Notes: generated by a model not told the origin, from the sequence alone. DNA of 64,000 nt from Lama guanicoe (GCA_013239625.1 MU056050.1:4721366-4785365), one strand, 5' to 3'; numbered from the stretch's first letter, positions 1 to 13,699 are shown. Numbers and translations: made by a program.

Positions 1-299
1 ATCTTGGTATGAGTTCTCTCCTCTGTTTGCCAAAGTGCCTGAAAGATACTGCTCTCTTCTGGGAGGCATGAATCTTGAAGCCATCCTCCTCCTCTATTGC
101 ATTTGCAGGGTTGGGTCAGTCAGAGTCACTCATCTAGAAACAGTCTAAACAGGAGAAAGCAAACTCTTGGAGGGATCAACACCATAGATTGGAAAGAGTT
201 GGAAACACATTTCAGCTCCTTCCCGTTTGGGCTGTGATCCAGGACGATGTGGGGAGAGCAGCTTTGCCTGGAGTATTGATTGATGGTGATGAATATGAT

Positions 300-860
300 G
301 GAGTGCACTTAAAGGTTTGGAGCCAAAGCATCCTTAGAGAGCAGGTTTGGCTCTCATGGCAACACTATAAAGTCAGTCAGCTGAAATGCATTTGCGAAGG
401 GGTTGTTTTTGTTCCCATCTAGATACACGTATTAGTCAGAGGAGGAGGAAACTTAACATCATTTCAGATTTTCTTGTTGAGGTGATGATAGTTATTCATA
501 CCACACTTCTTGTTGATGTGTTTCTGATGAGAATCTGACAGGGCCAAGGTGTCTGTTTTTTGGGAAACAAACTCTTCAGAGACATCAAAAAAAAAGCCCA
601 GTGAGGTGTAAACAGGGTGGAGAGATTCAGAGCCAGGATCACAGGGAAGAGCATGAAAAAAAACTATGCTGAGGAACCGCTTCCCCACCCTACGTCCTCG
701 GCTATTGCTCTTCCTTGCGCAGAACTTGACATTCAGAGGATAGGATCAAGAGTTAGAAGGGTAACTTCAGAGTTAATGCAAAGGTTTTCTGTTTTTTCCT
801 TTTTACACGTGGTATAGGGTGGAGAGATGGGAAGGTGGCCCCTTAAGCTCCAAAAACATT
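300..860. promoter_or_regulatory. Candidate promoter/enhancer-like non-repetitive block
   Basis: Higher GC than the rest of the window, with several retained CpGs. RFX X-box-like GCTCTCATGGCAAC (350-363), TATAAA (366-371), E-boxes CAGCTG (378-383) and CACGTG (805-810). Motif evidence only. Confidence 0.3.
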
Positions 861-2555
861 TGTATACAAGAGTCGTAAGAGTGAATGAGTCTCTTAAAAC
901 ACAGCATTATTGATTGCTACAATACTTCACCTCTATTGAAAGTGAACTGTCGAATACTGTTTTTAAGAGCTCCATGTAACAGTGCAAGGCATTTCTCCCT
1001 ATTGCTCTTTTATAGTGGCCATCATGGCAAAGCTTCTGAATTCTCCATTGCTTTAAGAGCACATAGCTCTGAGAAATAACATGGCTGAACTGCAAAATGC
1101 ACAATGTAAACATAGGATAAGCCACTTTAATGTCATTTAGCCTGGAATAGCAAAGAAATGGCTGTCTTTGATATTTGCATATGCAATTCAGAAGATTCTG
1201 ATCAATTCAACCTTTTCTCAATAGGAGATATTCAAATATCTACAAACAATTGTATGAATATCAATAATTCAGCACAAACCAGAGTATGCAAGCCCTTAAT
1301 CTAAAAATCTGTATATGAATGTAAGGCTTATAGAAACAGTTTCCTATTACTTATACTTTTTGGTGTAAGTGAAAAACAAGACCAAGATATTTTTATCCGG
1401 AAATGCATAGAGAACAAAGGGTAACATATGAGTCCCATTTTTAATAGCTTTTCTTGTTTATTGAAAAACACAAGCAGAAATGAGAAAATTCACATAAAAC
1501 AGGTAAGTACATGGAATCTTTTTGCATATATTTATCAGTTGGTCGTGTGTGCTCAGAAATACATATTACTTGCAAGAACACATTAAAAGATAAGCCTAAT
1601 GGAGACAAGTAGGCGGAGCATCAAGAGGGCAGGGGATTGGCTATCCCAGTGGCCACTCCAAAGGTAACTGCTGAGGGGAGCAGCAGTGTGGCAGTGCAGG
1701 AAGCACTGGTGGGGCACTTAGGTAAACTCCTGGGTGTTCTCAGTCTGGTCAAACTGGGGAACTGGTAACTTTGGGCAAAACTTTAGGCACAGAATTTAGT
1801 TACTTTTAGAAGAGATGACTAGAAGGAAGAAGGAAATTATTTTTTTTAGAAATAGTCTCAAGGAAATTGAGTCCCAAAAGCCTGATTGGCCATCCTGTTG
1901 AATGTCTATTTCCATATAGAAATCCTTCCTATGACATTCCTGATCAGGTTATTAGTTACTTGCTTAGAGAATTGCTGTCTAAAAGACACAATAATCCATA
2001 TGTAAAAATGCTCTCATTTCTGAAAAACTGTCCTTACTTAAAACCCCTTAGATTATTTTGTGCACTATCACATTTTCAAATGTATGTGTATATATATACT
2101 GATGTGTGTATATAAACAGAAATGAATAAGTAATCTTTTTCATTAATCACCTCAGCCTATCAAGGCCATTTTGAATCATAATTGTGTGATGTGATATAAT
2201 AACTGTGCATTTTAGTTTATATTATTGGCAAATTTAATAGACTTCCTTTTATGTTCAATGAAGTCATCTATAGAATCTTGACTGACACAGACCAGGACAG
2301 AGCCACAGGAGATGTCACCAGAGAGACCGTCCTCCTGGTGCTCTGTGTTCTGGAGTGAGGCCGATGAGACTAGTGTTTGTCTCTTTAGTTTGTAAAAATG
2401 TGCCATGAATTTTATCTTTTGTGGCTTATTGAACCAGCGATAGGCTGTATCACCAATGGTAATTATCTGTAGCAGCATTCTCAATTCAGTAACTTGTGAG
2501 CTGTAATTATTGCCTACAAAAAACGGCAAATATAAACCAAAGGTTTACAGTAAAG

Positions 2556-2579
2556 TTTTTTTTTTTTTTTTTTTTTTTT
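2556..2579. repeat. Poly-T mononucleotide run (T24)
   Basis: Direct read. Confidence 0.95.
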
Positions 2580-3632
2580 GGTGAGTTCTACTCTAGGAAA
2601 GTTGCCTAATTGAGGAGACTACAAATGGAAACTTCACAGCCATTCTCATCTGTGTAGTTTTTATAAAGATCTGGTAATGTTTTACATGTTTTAAATCAAA
2701 TAGCCACATTTTCCTCTGTATGTCCCTACCCTGTGCCTCTATAAGAACAGATAATCTGACAAACAATAGCAAATATATTAAATTAGGATTTTGTACTGAA
2801 GTGACACAATGGAAATGAAACTGGGAGCATATGGCATTTCTTGCTTGTGATGCCAGGTAATAGGAATATATTTTACTTTATAATCAACTTGGGGGATGTA
2901 AAAATATTACAAACATGGTGGTACGGTTTTGCATTTTTCACAAGTTGCCATTTGACCAAATGTGACCAAATTTAATGAATTATATATTTAAAAAATGTAA
3001 AATCTAGAACTGTGAAATGAAGTGTGTTTTAGTTTCCTTGTTTAGGACATAAAAATATCACACTTAAGCCTAGCAAATTTTAACACAGTCTAATTGAAAA
3101 ACTGATCCAAAATCACAAAGGTGGGTGAAGGTGTATAGAGAAAGCAGTATTTTAGAAATGATTCTTTGTGTAAGTCAGATCTCTAAGTATATGAAATTCC
3201 TTCTGAATTAGTCATTTTTTATAACTATGTGTATGAGGAGGTAGTGATCTAAATATATTAATAAAATGTGTGGTGCCAGTTTATATCACATCAACATATT
3301 TTTGGGTGATTAGATAACTATTCTTTGTGAATGGAGGTTTCTGTGTACAATAAATAGTTTACTCTCTGATCCTTTGTGGAACATGAGTAAAGTTGGGAGA
3401 GTTGGTTAATTTGTTTATGTATTTAAATGTTTTTTACTACAACTATATTTATTACAAAGCCATCAAATCTGTTTTCAAAGGCGAAGTGCTACCTTATTGA
3501 GGTTTGCGTGGTGTTTTCATTTTATTTGTCAAAAATTACACTTCAAGCCACTCAAGTAATTTTGGACACCCACACACAGAATTTAAATAGTGCTTGATTT
3601 GATCTGGTAAACTTGAAATTATATTGTAATTA

Positions 3633-3715
3633 GTTTATTAATTTATTCATTGAATCAGTCAACAAATACATTTTGGCATTTACTATGTACCAGATACTGC
3701 TAGATGTGCTAGTGT
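3633..3715 (-). mobile_element. L2 3' end fragment
   Basis: ttcattgaatcagtcaacaaatacattttggcatttactatgtaccagatactg resembles the reverse of the L2 terminus. Confidence 0.6.
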
Positions 3716-3759
3716 AGGTGAAGACACTATCAAGACTATCATGACGCTATCAAGATTTC

Positions 3760-4333
3760 TTCCAGTCAGTGAATGAATAAACAAATTGTGGTACGTCTAT
3801 ATAGTGGAATATTATTCAGTGATAAAAATAAAAGAGCTATCAAGCCTTGAGAGACATGGAGGAATGTTAAATGTCTAATGCTGAATGAAAGCAGTGAGTC
3901 TGAAAAGCATAAAAGCTGTATGATTCCAACTATAGAAATTCTGCAAAATGCAAAACTGCCGAGACAGTAAAAAGATGAGTGGTTGCAGAGATTTGGTATG
4001 GGAAGAGGAAGGATGAATAGATGGAATGCAGGGGTTTTTAGGGCAGTGAAACTATTTATGATGCAGTAACAGATATCTCATAGTATACATTTGTCAAAAC
4101 ACATACAATTGTGTGATTCATAGTGAATCCTAATGCAAAGAGTGAACTTAGTTAATAATAATAGATCAATATTGGTTCATCAGTTGTAACCCATGACTCA
4201 CAGTAATGCAAGATGTTTATAACCTGGAAAATTTGGCAGGTTGGTAGTGAGGTTTATGGGTACTCCCTGTACTTTCTGCTCAGTTTTTTATGAAAGTCTA
4301 AAACTATTCTAAAAATAGTCCAATAATTTAAAA
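3760..4333 (+). mobile_element. L1 3' end (L1MC1/2-like)
   Basis: gaatgaataaacaaattgtggtac...tatgattccaactata...ggcagtgaaactatt...ctgtactttctgctcag...ctaaaactattctaaaa follows the L1MC 3'UTR motif order. Confidence 0.8.
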
Positions 4334-4349
4334 AGCTTTTTTTGAGCTA

Positions 4350-5135
4350 TGAATAGGAACAAGTTTCCTTAATCTGATATAGGGCATCAAAAAGCCCTAC
4401 AGCAAATATCACACTTAATGACAAAATATTAAAAGCTTTCACACTGAGGTCGAGAATGATACATCAGTTACTGTGATTTCTAAAAGTACTAGCCAGGGCA
4501 ATAGGACAAGAAAAAAGTATTCAGATTATGAGGGAAAATAGTAGCAATACCAGTTTCTACAGACAGTATATTTGCATATAGTGAAGGTGATTTTAAAAAT
4601 CAAGAATATCAAGTTATTATTTAGCCAGGATGTGAAATATTCCACTTGACAGAAATTAGAAAAACCTTTTGGAAAACCCTTTGGCATATATCAAGTAAAG
4701 CTTAATATACACACACCCTCTAACCCAGCATTCTACTCCTACATAATATACATGAAAGAAATGTACATGAAATACACAAGAAATACAGCACCACCATTTT
4801 GGAATAGGCAAAAATGGAAATAATGTAAATGTCCATCAACAGGAATAATAGACAGCTTGTAGCATACTCATTATAAATCATAAAATGAAATTCTTTACAA
4901 CATTAACAGTGAGTAAACTGTTACAACTCCTCAAAAATATAAAATTGAATAAAAAAATACAGACGATGGTATGCATGCTGTATGATTCCATTCATATAAT
5001 GCTCAGAAGCAGGCAAAATTGAGATGTAAAGAGTAAGGTGGAAGTACCAAGAAGAAAGGTAAAGAAAAGGGATTTTGATTGTGCTTATATAGATATGTTT
5101 ATCATGATAATTGAAAGATCTATATCTTTTTGTAC
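4350..5135 (+). mobile_element. Old L1 (L1ME-like) ORF2 and 3' fragments
   Basis: ccctacagcaaatatcacacttaatg and gtactagccagggcaataggacaagaaaa (RT region), followed by acccagcattctactcct and tgtatgattccattcatata. Confidence 0.65.
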
Positions 5136-5149
5136 CCTTTAAATATATA

Positions 5150-5368
5150 AGTATAAAGATATACATATATAAATTTATATTATATAAATATATAACAAAT
5201 ATTTATATTTATATTAATATATTTTATACAATACCATAATTTTAAGTTTAACTCTTCACAATTATGTGTATAATATGTAATTTTACTTATATGTAACTAT
5301 TTAATATGTAACTTTACTTAATTATATATATAATATATAACCTCTATATAACTTTACTCCATTTTATA

Positions 5369-5403
<35 letters not shown>
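5150..5403. repeat. AT-rich low-complexity tract ending in a (TG)n(TA)n microsatellite
   Basis: Direct read; compound microsatellite at ~5368-5403. Confidence 0.9.
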
Positions 5404-6384
5404 TTGGATTAACATCATATTTTATGTGGGTTTATGTTTACACAGTTTTCCAGGCCTAGGACTACAGAGAAAATCAAAGGAAGATTGTACATTATTATGT
5501 TCAGCACTTTACCAGGAATTGCTCAACAATCATGCCACAGCAGCAGTGGAATTTATGGTAATTGATGTGGCAAAACAAAATATTTCTATCCATCTGGATC
5601 TATAGATGTTACATACTGAGTTTAAACATAGGTGCAATCGTCTGATTACTTCACTATATAATGTGGCAGAGTTATACTTGGTCATGCACATAATAAAATA
5701 TACATTGTTTTTATTATTTTTCAAAAAGCTAAATGAGCTGACTGAAAGGTAAATACAGAAGAAAACATCCGAATACATAGAACACAAATGTGGGAAATAC
5801 AAGGAGAAAGTAAGAAACCTCAAGGAGTGAACCATGGAGCCCAAAAAAAGAATGAAAGAGAGTAGAGGGGATGACGTCTTTTTTTCAAAGAGAGAATAGG
5901 AAAGGAAAGTTGCCAAAGCTTTAAGAAGGATTTACACATTCTACTTCAAAGGACCTATCAAGTGTCAGGTAGCATAACTAAAAACCGAACTGTTTAAAAG
6001 TGTTTACTTAATGAAGAATAGGACTGGAGACAGGGCATAAGACATTTAGTTTTCAGTTTACAATATCATGTAGTTTATTTTCTTTTAACTTATGTATATC
6101 TAACTTTTAAGATAATCAGATTAAAATGAAAAGGAGACAAGAAATTTGAAAGTGGAGTACATAAAATTAATTCAACTTCTACTAACTACCCTCAAAAGGC
6201 TTCTGAAAGTTTGCCTCAGCCATCTTATGCAGTTCTTTCAAGGCTTTGCTTAATATAGAAACAGCTTCAGTATTTTTCACTATAGAAGCAGTTAACTGTA
6301 TTATGGCACATTCATAGAACAGAAATTATGCAGCCATGAAAATTGATCTTATGAAAAATTTTAAATGGCATTAAACAGTGTTGT

Positions 6385-6615
6385 AAACTAGCAGTTACTA
6401 TAGGCTTTGGAACCATACAAGTTTGGGTCTTAATCCAGAGTCTGCCACCTACTAGCTGTGTAGCTTGAGTAAGTTTCCTTCCTTGAACTCCCATTTTTTT
6501 CCATCAGCATAATTAGGATAGATAATAATATTTACCTCCTGGTGTTATTGAGATAAGTAATTGGGATAAAATAAATAAAGCACTTATCACAGTGCCTGAC
6601 ATATAAATATTTGAA
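6385..6615 (+). mobile_element. MIR SINE
   Basis: ctgccacctactagctgtgtagcttgagtaagt...aaagcacttatcacagtgcctgacatata (MIR core and tail). Confidence 0.8.
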
Positions 6616-8068
6616 AGGTGGTGGTAGTAGTAGTACTAGTAATATATAAGGTACAAGAAAACTTAGAGTACAGCCGTGAAAACAGTACAGTTTCACCTAT
6701 GTAAAGAGAAATGCATGAAAAGAGACTTAAAGCAAACATGTGAAAGTTATCTATGAATAGTGGTATCATGGGTGATTTTTTTCTCCTTTATACTTTTGTA
6801 TAAATTACACATTTTCTACAATAAGTGTGTTATTGTTAGAATTTAATTTTATTTTTTTTTTTATTATAAGTCATAAAATCAACAAGATGCTATCACTAAC
6901 ATAAGACAATAGAATACAAGCTTCTATTTTTCCATACATCTCATTACTGGCTATTATTTTGCCTTATACAAAAGTCAGAATCTTCTGCTTATGTTACCTA
7001 TGATTTTGGTCTGTGTTCTGCAATAATCGTTTCCGTCACTGGTTTTTCTGGGCAAAAGAAAATGTATGTGAGACTTGAACTTCTCCAGTTAACTTCTCTT
7101 CAGTCTCCTCATTTCTAAATTTGAAAGCCCAGTGTATAAGGTACAGTTTCTGTGAGATCTAGGACACAGCACTTACAGAATTGTGAACACGATTCATTTC
7201 TCCCTTATTGAATTGTGATTGAATTACTGAACTCCATAATGTGTGCAGGAAGAGAAAATATGGGAGTAGCTGCTGGCTTTCCGCTCTCCAGTGCTTCTTT
7301 CATAGCCTTTTGATGACTGGAAGAGTCAAAGAAATCATTGTGGACTTTTTGGTAGTAGAAAATTATTTAGGCTTTGAGATGAAAAGAAAAGCATGGGAAG
7401 ATACTGGGAGTGAATGAATATAAACTGGTAACCACTGTTAGGGAAATTGGATGGAAAAAGAACAATGTATGGTCAGTGCACACTGTGCTAGATCATCACT
7501 AAATCAGTCTACTGTCAGATAATAGGATGTGGCAGATGGATGCAATAGACCCTTCTGTTTGGAGAACTTAAATGAAAGACAGTATGTGCAATGCCAAGGT
7601 TATTACTGAGTGGTACTGATGGGCTGTTTGCCAGTGGAGTGCATCAACTAGGTAAGGAATTGAGATAGGTCTCATAAGTATTGGGTGATATACAGGAAAG
7701 GAATGTAACATGTTCTGCCTTTATTTTCCGGTTTCTCTTCATTTGTGCATTTCTTGGGAATTCACACATATGGGGATATTCCAGCACTGTCTCTAGATAT
7801 CCATGTGCTAGTGATAATATTAGATTTAGCTTCTCATGCAGTTTGTTAGTATACTTCTGTAACGGATTATTTTGGTTTCTCCACCTATTACTTCACTGTA
7901 TACATGGACTAAATCTGCTCTGTTTGATTTAGGGTTGCTTTGGAGATTACAGTCCAACTCAGCATATAAGGCAGCCTATATAGCAAAGTTATTCGGAGAC
8001 ATTTTAAAAATTTTAAGTGTAATTTGCTGATGATTGAGGTATTTGATCCTTTTGAAATATCTGTAGGG

Positions 8069-8503
8069 GTCTTCAAGGTTAGGTTACTTGGGAAGCAGAT
8101 TCTAAGCCGGTTCAGAGAGTTACAGTATGCTCTCTGGAACAACATGTCAGGGAGTGAAGGAAGCTGGACTGGGCAGAGAGAGAACTGAAGCAATTTCAAT
8201 AAAGGGCTCAGATTATCCCCTGGGGAACTTTGGAATTGGTTTGGCCTTTCAGAGTTGTCCTGAATTGAGAGGAGTCAAACCAGGCTTCTATACCCTTTCA
8301 TCAACCAGTCATTGAATGTGAGCGGCGCCCTGGCAGGGGAGTGACCATAGACATGGAAGCTTTTTTTCAGCTAGGGTAAGGTCTGGAAAGGAACGTAGTT
8401 GAGAGCTGCTGGACACCAATGCTCAGAACAGCTGGAAGAATGAATGTTTCAGTTCTAGAGAAGGAGAGGAGGTTATAGGCAGCAAACCACAGCATCTGCT
8501 GTA
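8069..8503 (-). mobile_element. LTR16-family (ERVL) solo LTR
   Basis: Ends in accacagcatctgctgta, the reverse of the LTR16 start TGTAGCAGATGCTGTGG; internal ggactgggcagagagagaa and accagtcattg motifs. Confidence 0.7.
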
Positions 8504-8944
8504 AGACATGTATACTTAGGTATGTTTCGTGTGTGTTTTGAGTAGTTTTTTAGAGGATGCTTTTATCTTTTCAGAAAAATACCACAATATTCTGCTTGAT
8601 GCAGGATGTACTTCTTATGTGGAGGCAGTTACTACAGAAAATACACACATCTAGAAAGGCTACAAATATGAGTAAAAGTATGATAAATTTTACCTGCCAA
8701 ACTGCTTGCAAATCTAATAGTTATTGCAAAACGAAAATCAAATTTTATTATAAGATCTATAAGTTTGGCATTTAGGGAAAAAGTCCTAAGCAGAGTCAAC
8801 AAAAGTAGAATTAAAGACTATTACTGTTAAATGGTTCATATAATAATATACAACTTGGAAAATTCTGAAATTTGTAACGTTGCCTTACTGAATAATGAAC
8901 ACTAACTAGTATGTTGAATTTGTTCTTCACTTCTTCCATGAAAT

Positions 8945-10600
8945 ACTCAGTGGCAGTTGTTTAATATTACATCTGCCCAAGATGGAGATAATAGTTGGGG
9001 CAAGCAACAAGCCAACAAAAAAAATTTTAAAGGATAAGCTGGAGAGTGAGATGTCCGTAGAAGTCTTTGAAAAGCTCCAACGTATTCCTGGGGAGATAGA
9101 AGACCATGTATATGCATGGAACTATGCACATGCTTAGGGTTGTGGGCATACCTAGAACAGACCTGGGACTGCTCTAAAATCTCAGCCTTGGCTAAACTTG
9201 AGGCTTTCTACAAGCAGGAAGTGACGACTATAGCAGAGTTTTCAATTAGCCCTGGAAATCAACCAAATGTTGCAGTGGCCTGGAGAAAACTTATTCAAGA
9301 AATATAGCTAGATCTCTAGGAGAATAATAACACTCAGCTTTGGGAGTGGTGAAGTTGTATTCCAACTTGTACACACAGCTGATGATCAAAGAATGAGAGA
9401 CTTATTGGTTCCAGGTAATTAATGAAATAAATGTCATTAGCTTATCATTAAGGTATGTGAACGATGACTTCAGTGGTCACACAAGATAAAGACTAAAGAA
9501 ATGTGGAATAAGTTCAGCAAGCTCACTAAACAAATGAATAGTAAACAAACAGCAACAGAAAATCCTGAGAAGGCTAAGAATCTGATTTCCAGTGTTGCTG
9601 CATTGTGTTATATAAAATGTACAGTTATTAACAAAAATTTGAAGACATGGGAAGAGAAAAGAATGCATGACCCATACATAGGAAACGTAGCAGTCGATAC
9701 AAATCTTCCCAAAGGAAGTACATATATTGTACTCATTACATAAAAACCTTAAATCAGCTACTTTAAGAATGTTCTAGGAACAAAAAGAAACTGTCTAAAT
9801 AACTAAAAGTGTGCAAACAATGCCTCCAAAAATGGAGAATATAAATAGACATTATAACAACAGAGCCACCTAGAAATTTTGAATTTGAAAAGTACAATAA
9901 CATATTCAAAATGTTAGGAAAATAATATAAATTAAGAATTCAGTGTCTAAAATGTTATCTTTCAAGAAAAAGAAGGAAAATATTAAGACATTCTCAGATA
10001 AGCAAAAACCGAGGAAATTTGTTGTTTCAGGAGATCTACTCCATACGTGGTACTGAAGGGAGTATTTCAGGCTGAAATGAAAGGACACTAGATAGTAAAA
10101 GGAATCCATATAAAGAAATAAAGTACCAGTACAGATAACTAACAACATGGGTCAATATAAATGACAGTATAAATGTATTTTTTAAATACTTTTCCCTCTT
10201 ACTTGATATAAAGGACATACAAATATAGGAAAAATTATAAATCTGTGCTAATGACAACATAAAATGTAAAAATGTAACTTTTATGTCAATAATAGTACAT
10301 AGGAGGGTGGAGGAAACAGACCTATACTGGAGCAAAGATTTATATACTATTGAAATTACAATAGTATTTATCCAAAGTAGATGGTTAAAAGGTATCAATT
10401 GAAATCTCAAGGTAAGCCACTAGAATAATAACTCAAAATGCAGTAAAATAAATGACAAAGTAATTTAAAAGGTATAGTAGGAAATATAAATTTAACACAA
10501 AGACAGTAATGGAGGATTATAGGAACAAAAAAGATGTAAGACATATAGAAATATAGAAAAGTAGACAAATATTACCATATAATTAATAACATTAAATATC
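8945..10600 (+). mobile_element. Old L1 5'UTR, ORF1 (internally deleted near 9900) and inter-ORF region (L1M4/L1MC-like)
   Basis: ORF1 C-terminal motif aagacattctcagataagcaaaaac; ends at an ORF2-start-like ataacattaaat. Confidence 0.7.
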
Positions 10601-10607
10601 ATGTCAA

Positions 10608-13585
10608 GGATGTTGATTTGATACATATATGTTGCAAACTGATGGCCACTCTAGCATTAATACTGCCATCATATCACATAATGCCATTTCTTTTTGTGCT
10701 GAACATATTTAAGATTTTGAAGTGTGTAACAGTATTCTTAACTATTATTACAATCTTGTGCATTAGATCCCCAGAACATATTCATCTTATAAATAGAAGC
10801 TTGTACCCTTTGACCAATATCACCCCATTTCCCAAACCCCCAGCCACTGATAACCACCATTCTACTATTTCTTTCTACAAATTCAGCTTTTCGCTTCCAC
10901 GTATAAGTGATATCATACAGGCTTTGTCTTTTTCTGTCTGAATTATTTCATTTAGCACAATGCCTTCAAGATCCATCCATGTTGTCACAAATGGTGAGGT
11001 TTCCTTCTTTCTTGCTGCTGAATAATATTCCACTGTGTGAATGTGTGTGTGTATCACAACTTCTTTATCCATTCATCTGTTGACAGATACTTAGGTTGTT
11101 TCCTATCTTAGCTATTGTGAGTAATTCTGCAATAAATATGAGAGTGCAGGTGTCTATTCAGTATCCTGTTGTCATATCCTTTCGATATATACACTGAAAT
11201 GGGATTACTGGGTTATATGGTAGTTCTATTTTTAAATTTTTGAATTTTTGAATCCATGCTAGTTTCCATAGTGACTGTATCAATGTATTTCCACCAACAG
11301 TGCATAAGGATTCACTCTTCTCCACATCCTCCTAGCATTTGTTATCTCTTGTCTTTTTGATGATAGCTGTTCTAACAGATGTGAGATGATACCTCATTGT
11401 GGTTTTGATTTGCATTTTCCTAATGATTAGTGATGTTGAGCATCTTTTTATGTACCTGTTGGCTATTTATATGTCTTCTTTGGAAAACTGTCTATTCAGT
11501 TTCTCCACCCATTTTTAATAAGATGTATTTGTTGTTATTGTTAAGTTGTATGAGTTCTTTATATGCCTCACACAGTAACACCTTATCAGATATATGGCTT
11601 GCAAATATTTCTCCCATTCCATAAGTTGCCTTTTTATTTTATAAATTGTTCCTTTTGCTGTACAGAAGTTTTTTCACTTGATGTGGTCTCACTTGCTGAT
11701 TATTGCTTCTGTTGTTTGTTCTTTTAATGCTAATTCCAAAAAATCATTGTCAAGACCATTATCAAGTTTTCCCCTGTATTTTCTTCTAGGAGTTCTATGG
11801 TATCAGGTATTATGTTTAAATCTTTAATTCATTTCAAGTGGATTTTTGTGATTGGTGTAAGTTAGGAGTCCAGTGTTATTGTTCTGCATGTGATTATCCA
11901 GTTTTCTCAACACCATTTGTTGAAGAGACTGTGAGTGCTCTTGGATCCCTTGTCAAATATTAGTTGACCATAATTGCAGGGGTTTATTTCTGGGCTCTTT
12001 ATACAGATTGGTATGTATGTCTAGTTTTATGCCAGTACCATACTGTTTTGATTATTGTAGATTTGTTGTTTAGTTTGACTTCAGGAAGTGTGATGTTCCA
12101 GCTTTTTCTTTCTCAGGATTGCTTTGGGTATTCAGGTTTTTATTTTGCAGGGCTGTACAAATTTTAGAATTATTTTTCTATTTCTGAGAAAAATACCATT
12201 GGAGTTTTGAAAGGGACTGCATAGAATCTGTAGTTGGTTTTGTAAAATATGGACATTTTAGCGATGCTAATTCTTTTTATGTGTGGACATGGGATAGTTT
12301 TCCTTTTGTGTCTTCAGTTTCTTTCATCAAAGTCTTATAGTTTTCAGCGTACAGATCTTTCACCTCCTTGATCAGATTTATTCCTAAGCATTTATTGTTT
12401 TTGATGCTGTTGTGAATAAGATTATTTAATTTTCAGATATTTTGTTCATAGTGTATAACAACACAACTGATTATTGTATGTTGATTTTGTGTTCAGCGAC
12501 TTTATTGAATTAATTGATTAGTTCTAACAGTTTCTTTTGTGTGTGGAGTCTTTAGGATTTTCTGTATATATTAGATCATCTGAAACTAATGACAATTTTA
12601 CTTCTTTCTAATTTGGATGCCATTTACTTATATATCTTGTCTGGTTGCTTTAGCTCAGACTTCCAGTACTATGTTGAATGAAAGTGATGAGAGTGGGCAC
12701 CCTTATCTTATTTCTAATCTTAGAGGAAATGCTTTCACTTGCTCACTGTTAAGTATGTTGTTAGCTGTGGGTTTGTCATATATAACCTTTATTATGTTAT
12801 GTTCCTTTTATACCCAATTTTTTGTGTTTTTTTAATGAAAGGATGTTATATTTTGTGAAATTCTTTTTCCACATCTTTTTCCGTATGATTTTTATCTTTC
12901 ATTCTATTAATGTGGTGTATCACATTTACTGATTTGCATATGCTGAACCATCCTTGAATCCCAAGGATAAATCCCATTTGGTCATGATGTATGGTCTGTT
13001 GAAGGTGTTACTGAATTTGATTGGCCTAATCTTTTATTGAGAATTTTTGCATCTGTATTCATCAGAGATACCGGTCTATAGTTTTCTTTTCCTGTATGTA
13101 GTGTCCTTATGTGACTTTGCTATCAAGGTAGTGCTGGCCTCCTAAAATGAGTTTGGGAGTATTCTCTCCTCATTTTCTGGGAAGAATTTGATCAGAATTG
13201 GAATTAATTCTTCTTTAAATGTTTGGTAAAATTCACCAGGGAAACCATCTGGTCCTGGGCTTTTCTGTGTTGGGAAGTTTTTGATTAGTGGTTAAATATA
13301 CTTGCATATTACTGGTCTGTTCAGATTTTTCTATTTCTTATGATTCATTCTTGGTAGGTTGTATGTTTCTAGAAATTTTCTACTTCTTGGTTGTACAGTT
13401 TTTGGCATGTAGTTGATATTAGTAGTGTCTTATGATTATTTATATTTCTGTGGTATTAGTTGTAATGTCTCCTCTTTCAAATCTTATTTTTTTGAGTCTA
13501 CACTTTTTTTCTCACTCTAGCAAAAGGCTTATGAATGTTGTTTTAAAAAACTAGCTCTTAGTTTTGTTGATCTTTCTATTGTACC
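10608..13585 (-). mobile_element. L1MA-like element, ORF2 (post-endonuclease) to 3'UTR, decayed
   Basis: Continuous antisense ORF2 sequence; ORF track 10875-11072 gives EYYSAARKKE...TWMDLEGIVLNEI, the L1 ORF2 C-terminus. Confidence 0.9.
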
Positions 13586-13699
13586 TAGGTACATGGTGTT
13601 GGATCCCACAACAATCACTGAGGCACTTTTGTTTGTGGATAGATACTGGATTTTTGTTGTTAAATATTGTTAAATGCTACCATGATGCTGATCTCACTT

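Noticed and set aside
482..538. C/D-box snoRNA (GTGATGA...CTGA); similar pair at 42005-42046
   Set aside because: Too short, no convincing terminal stem, and no recognisable rRNA guide.
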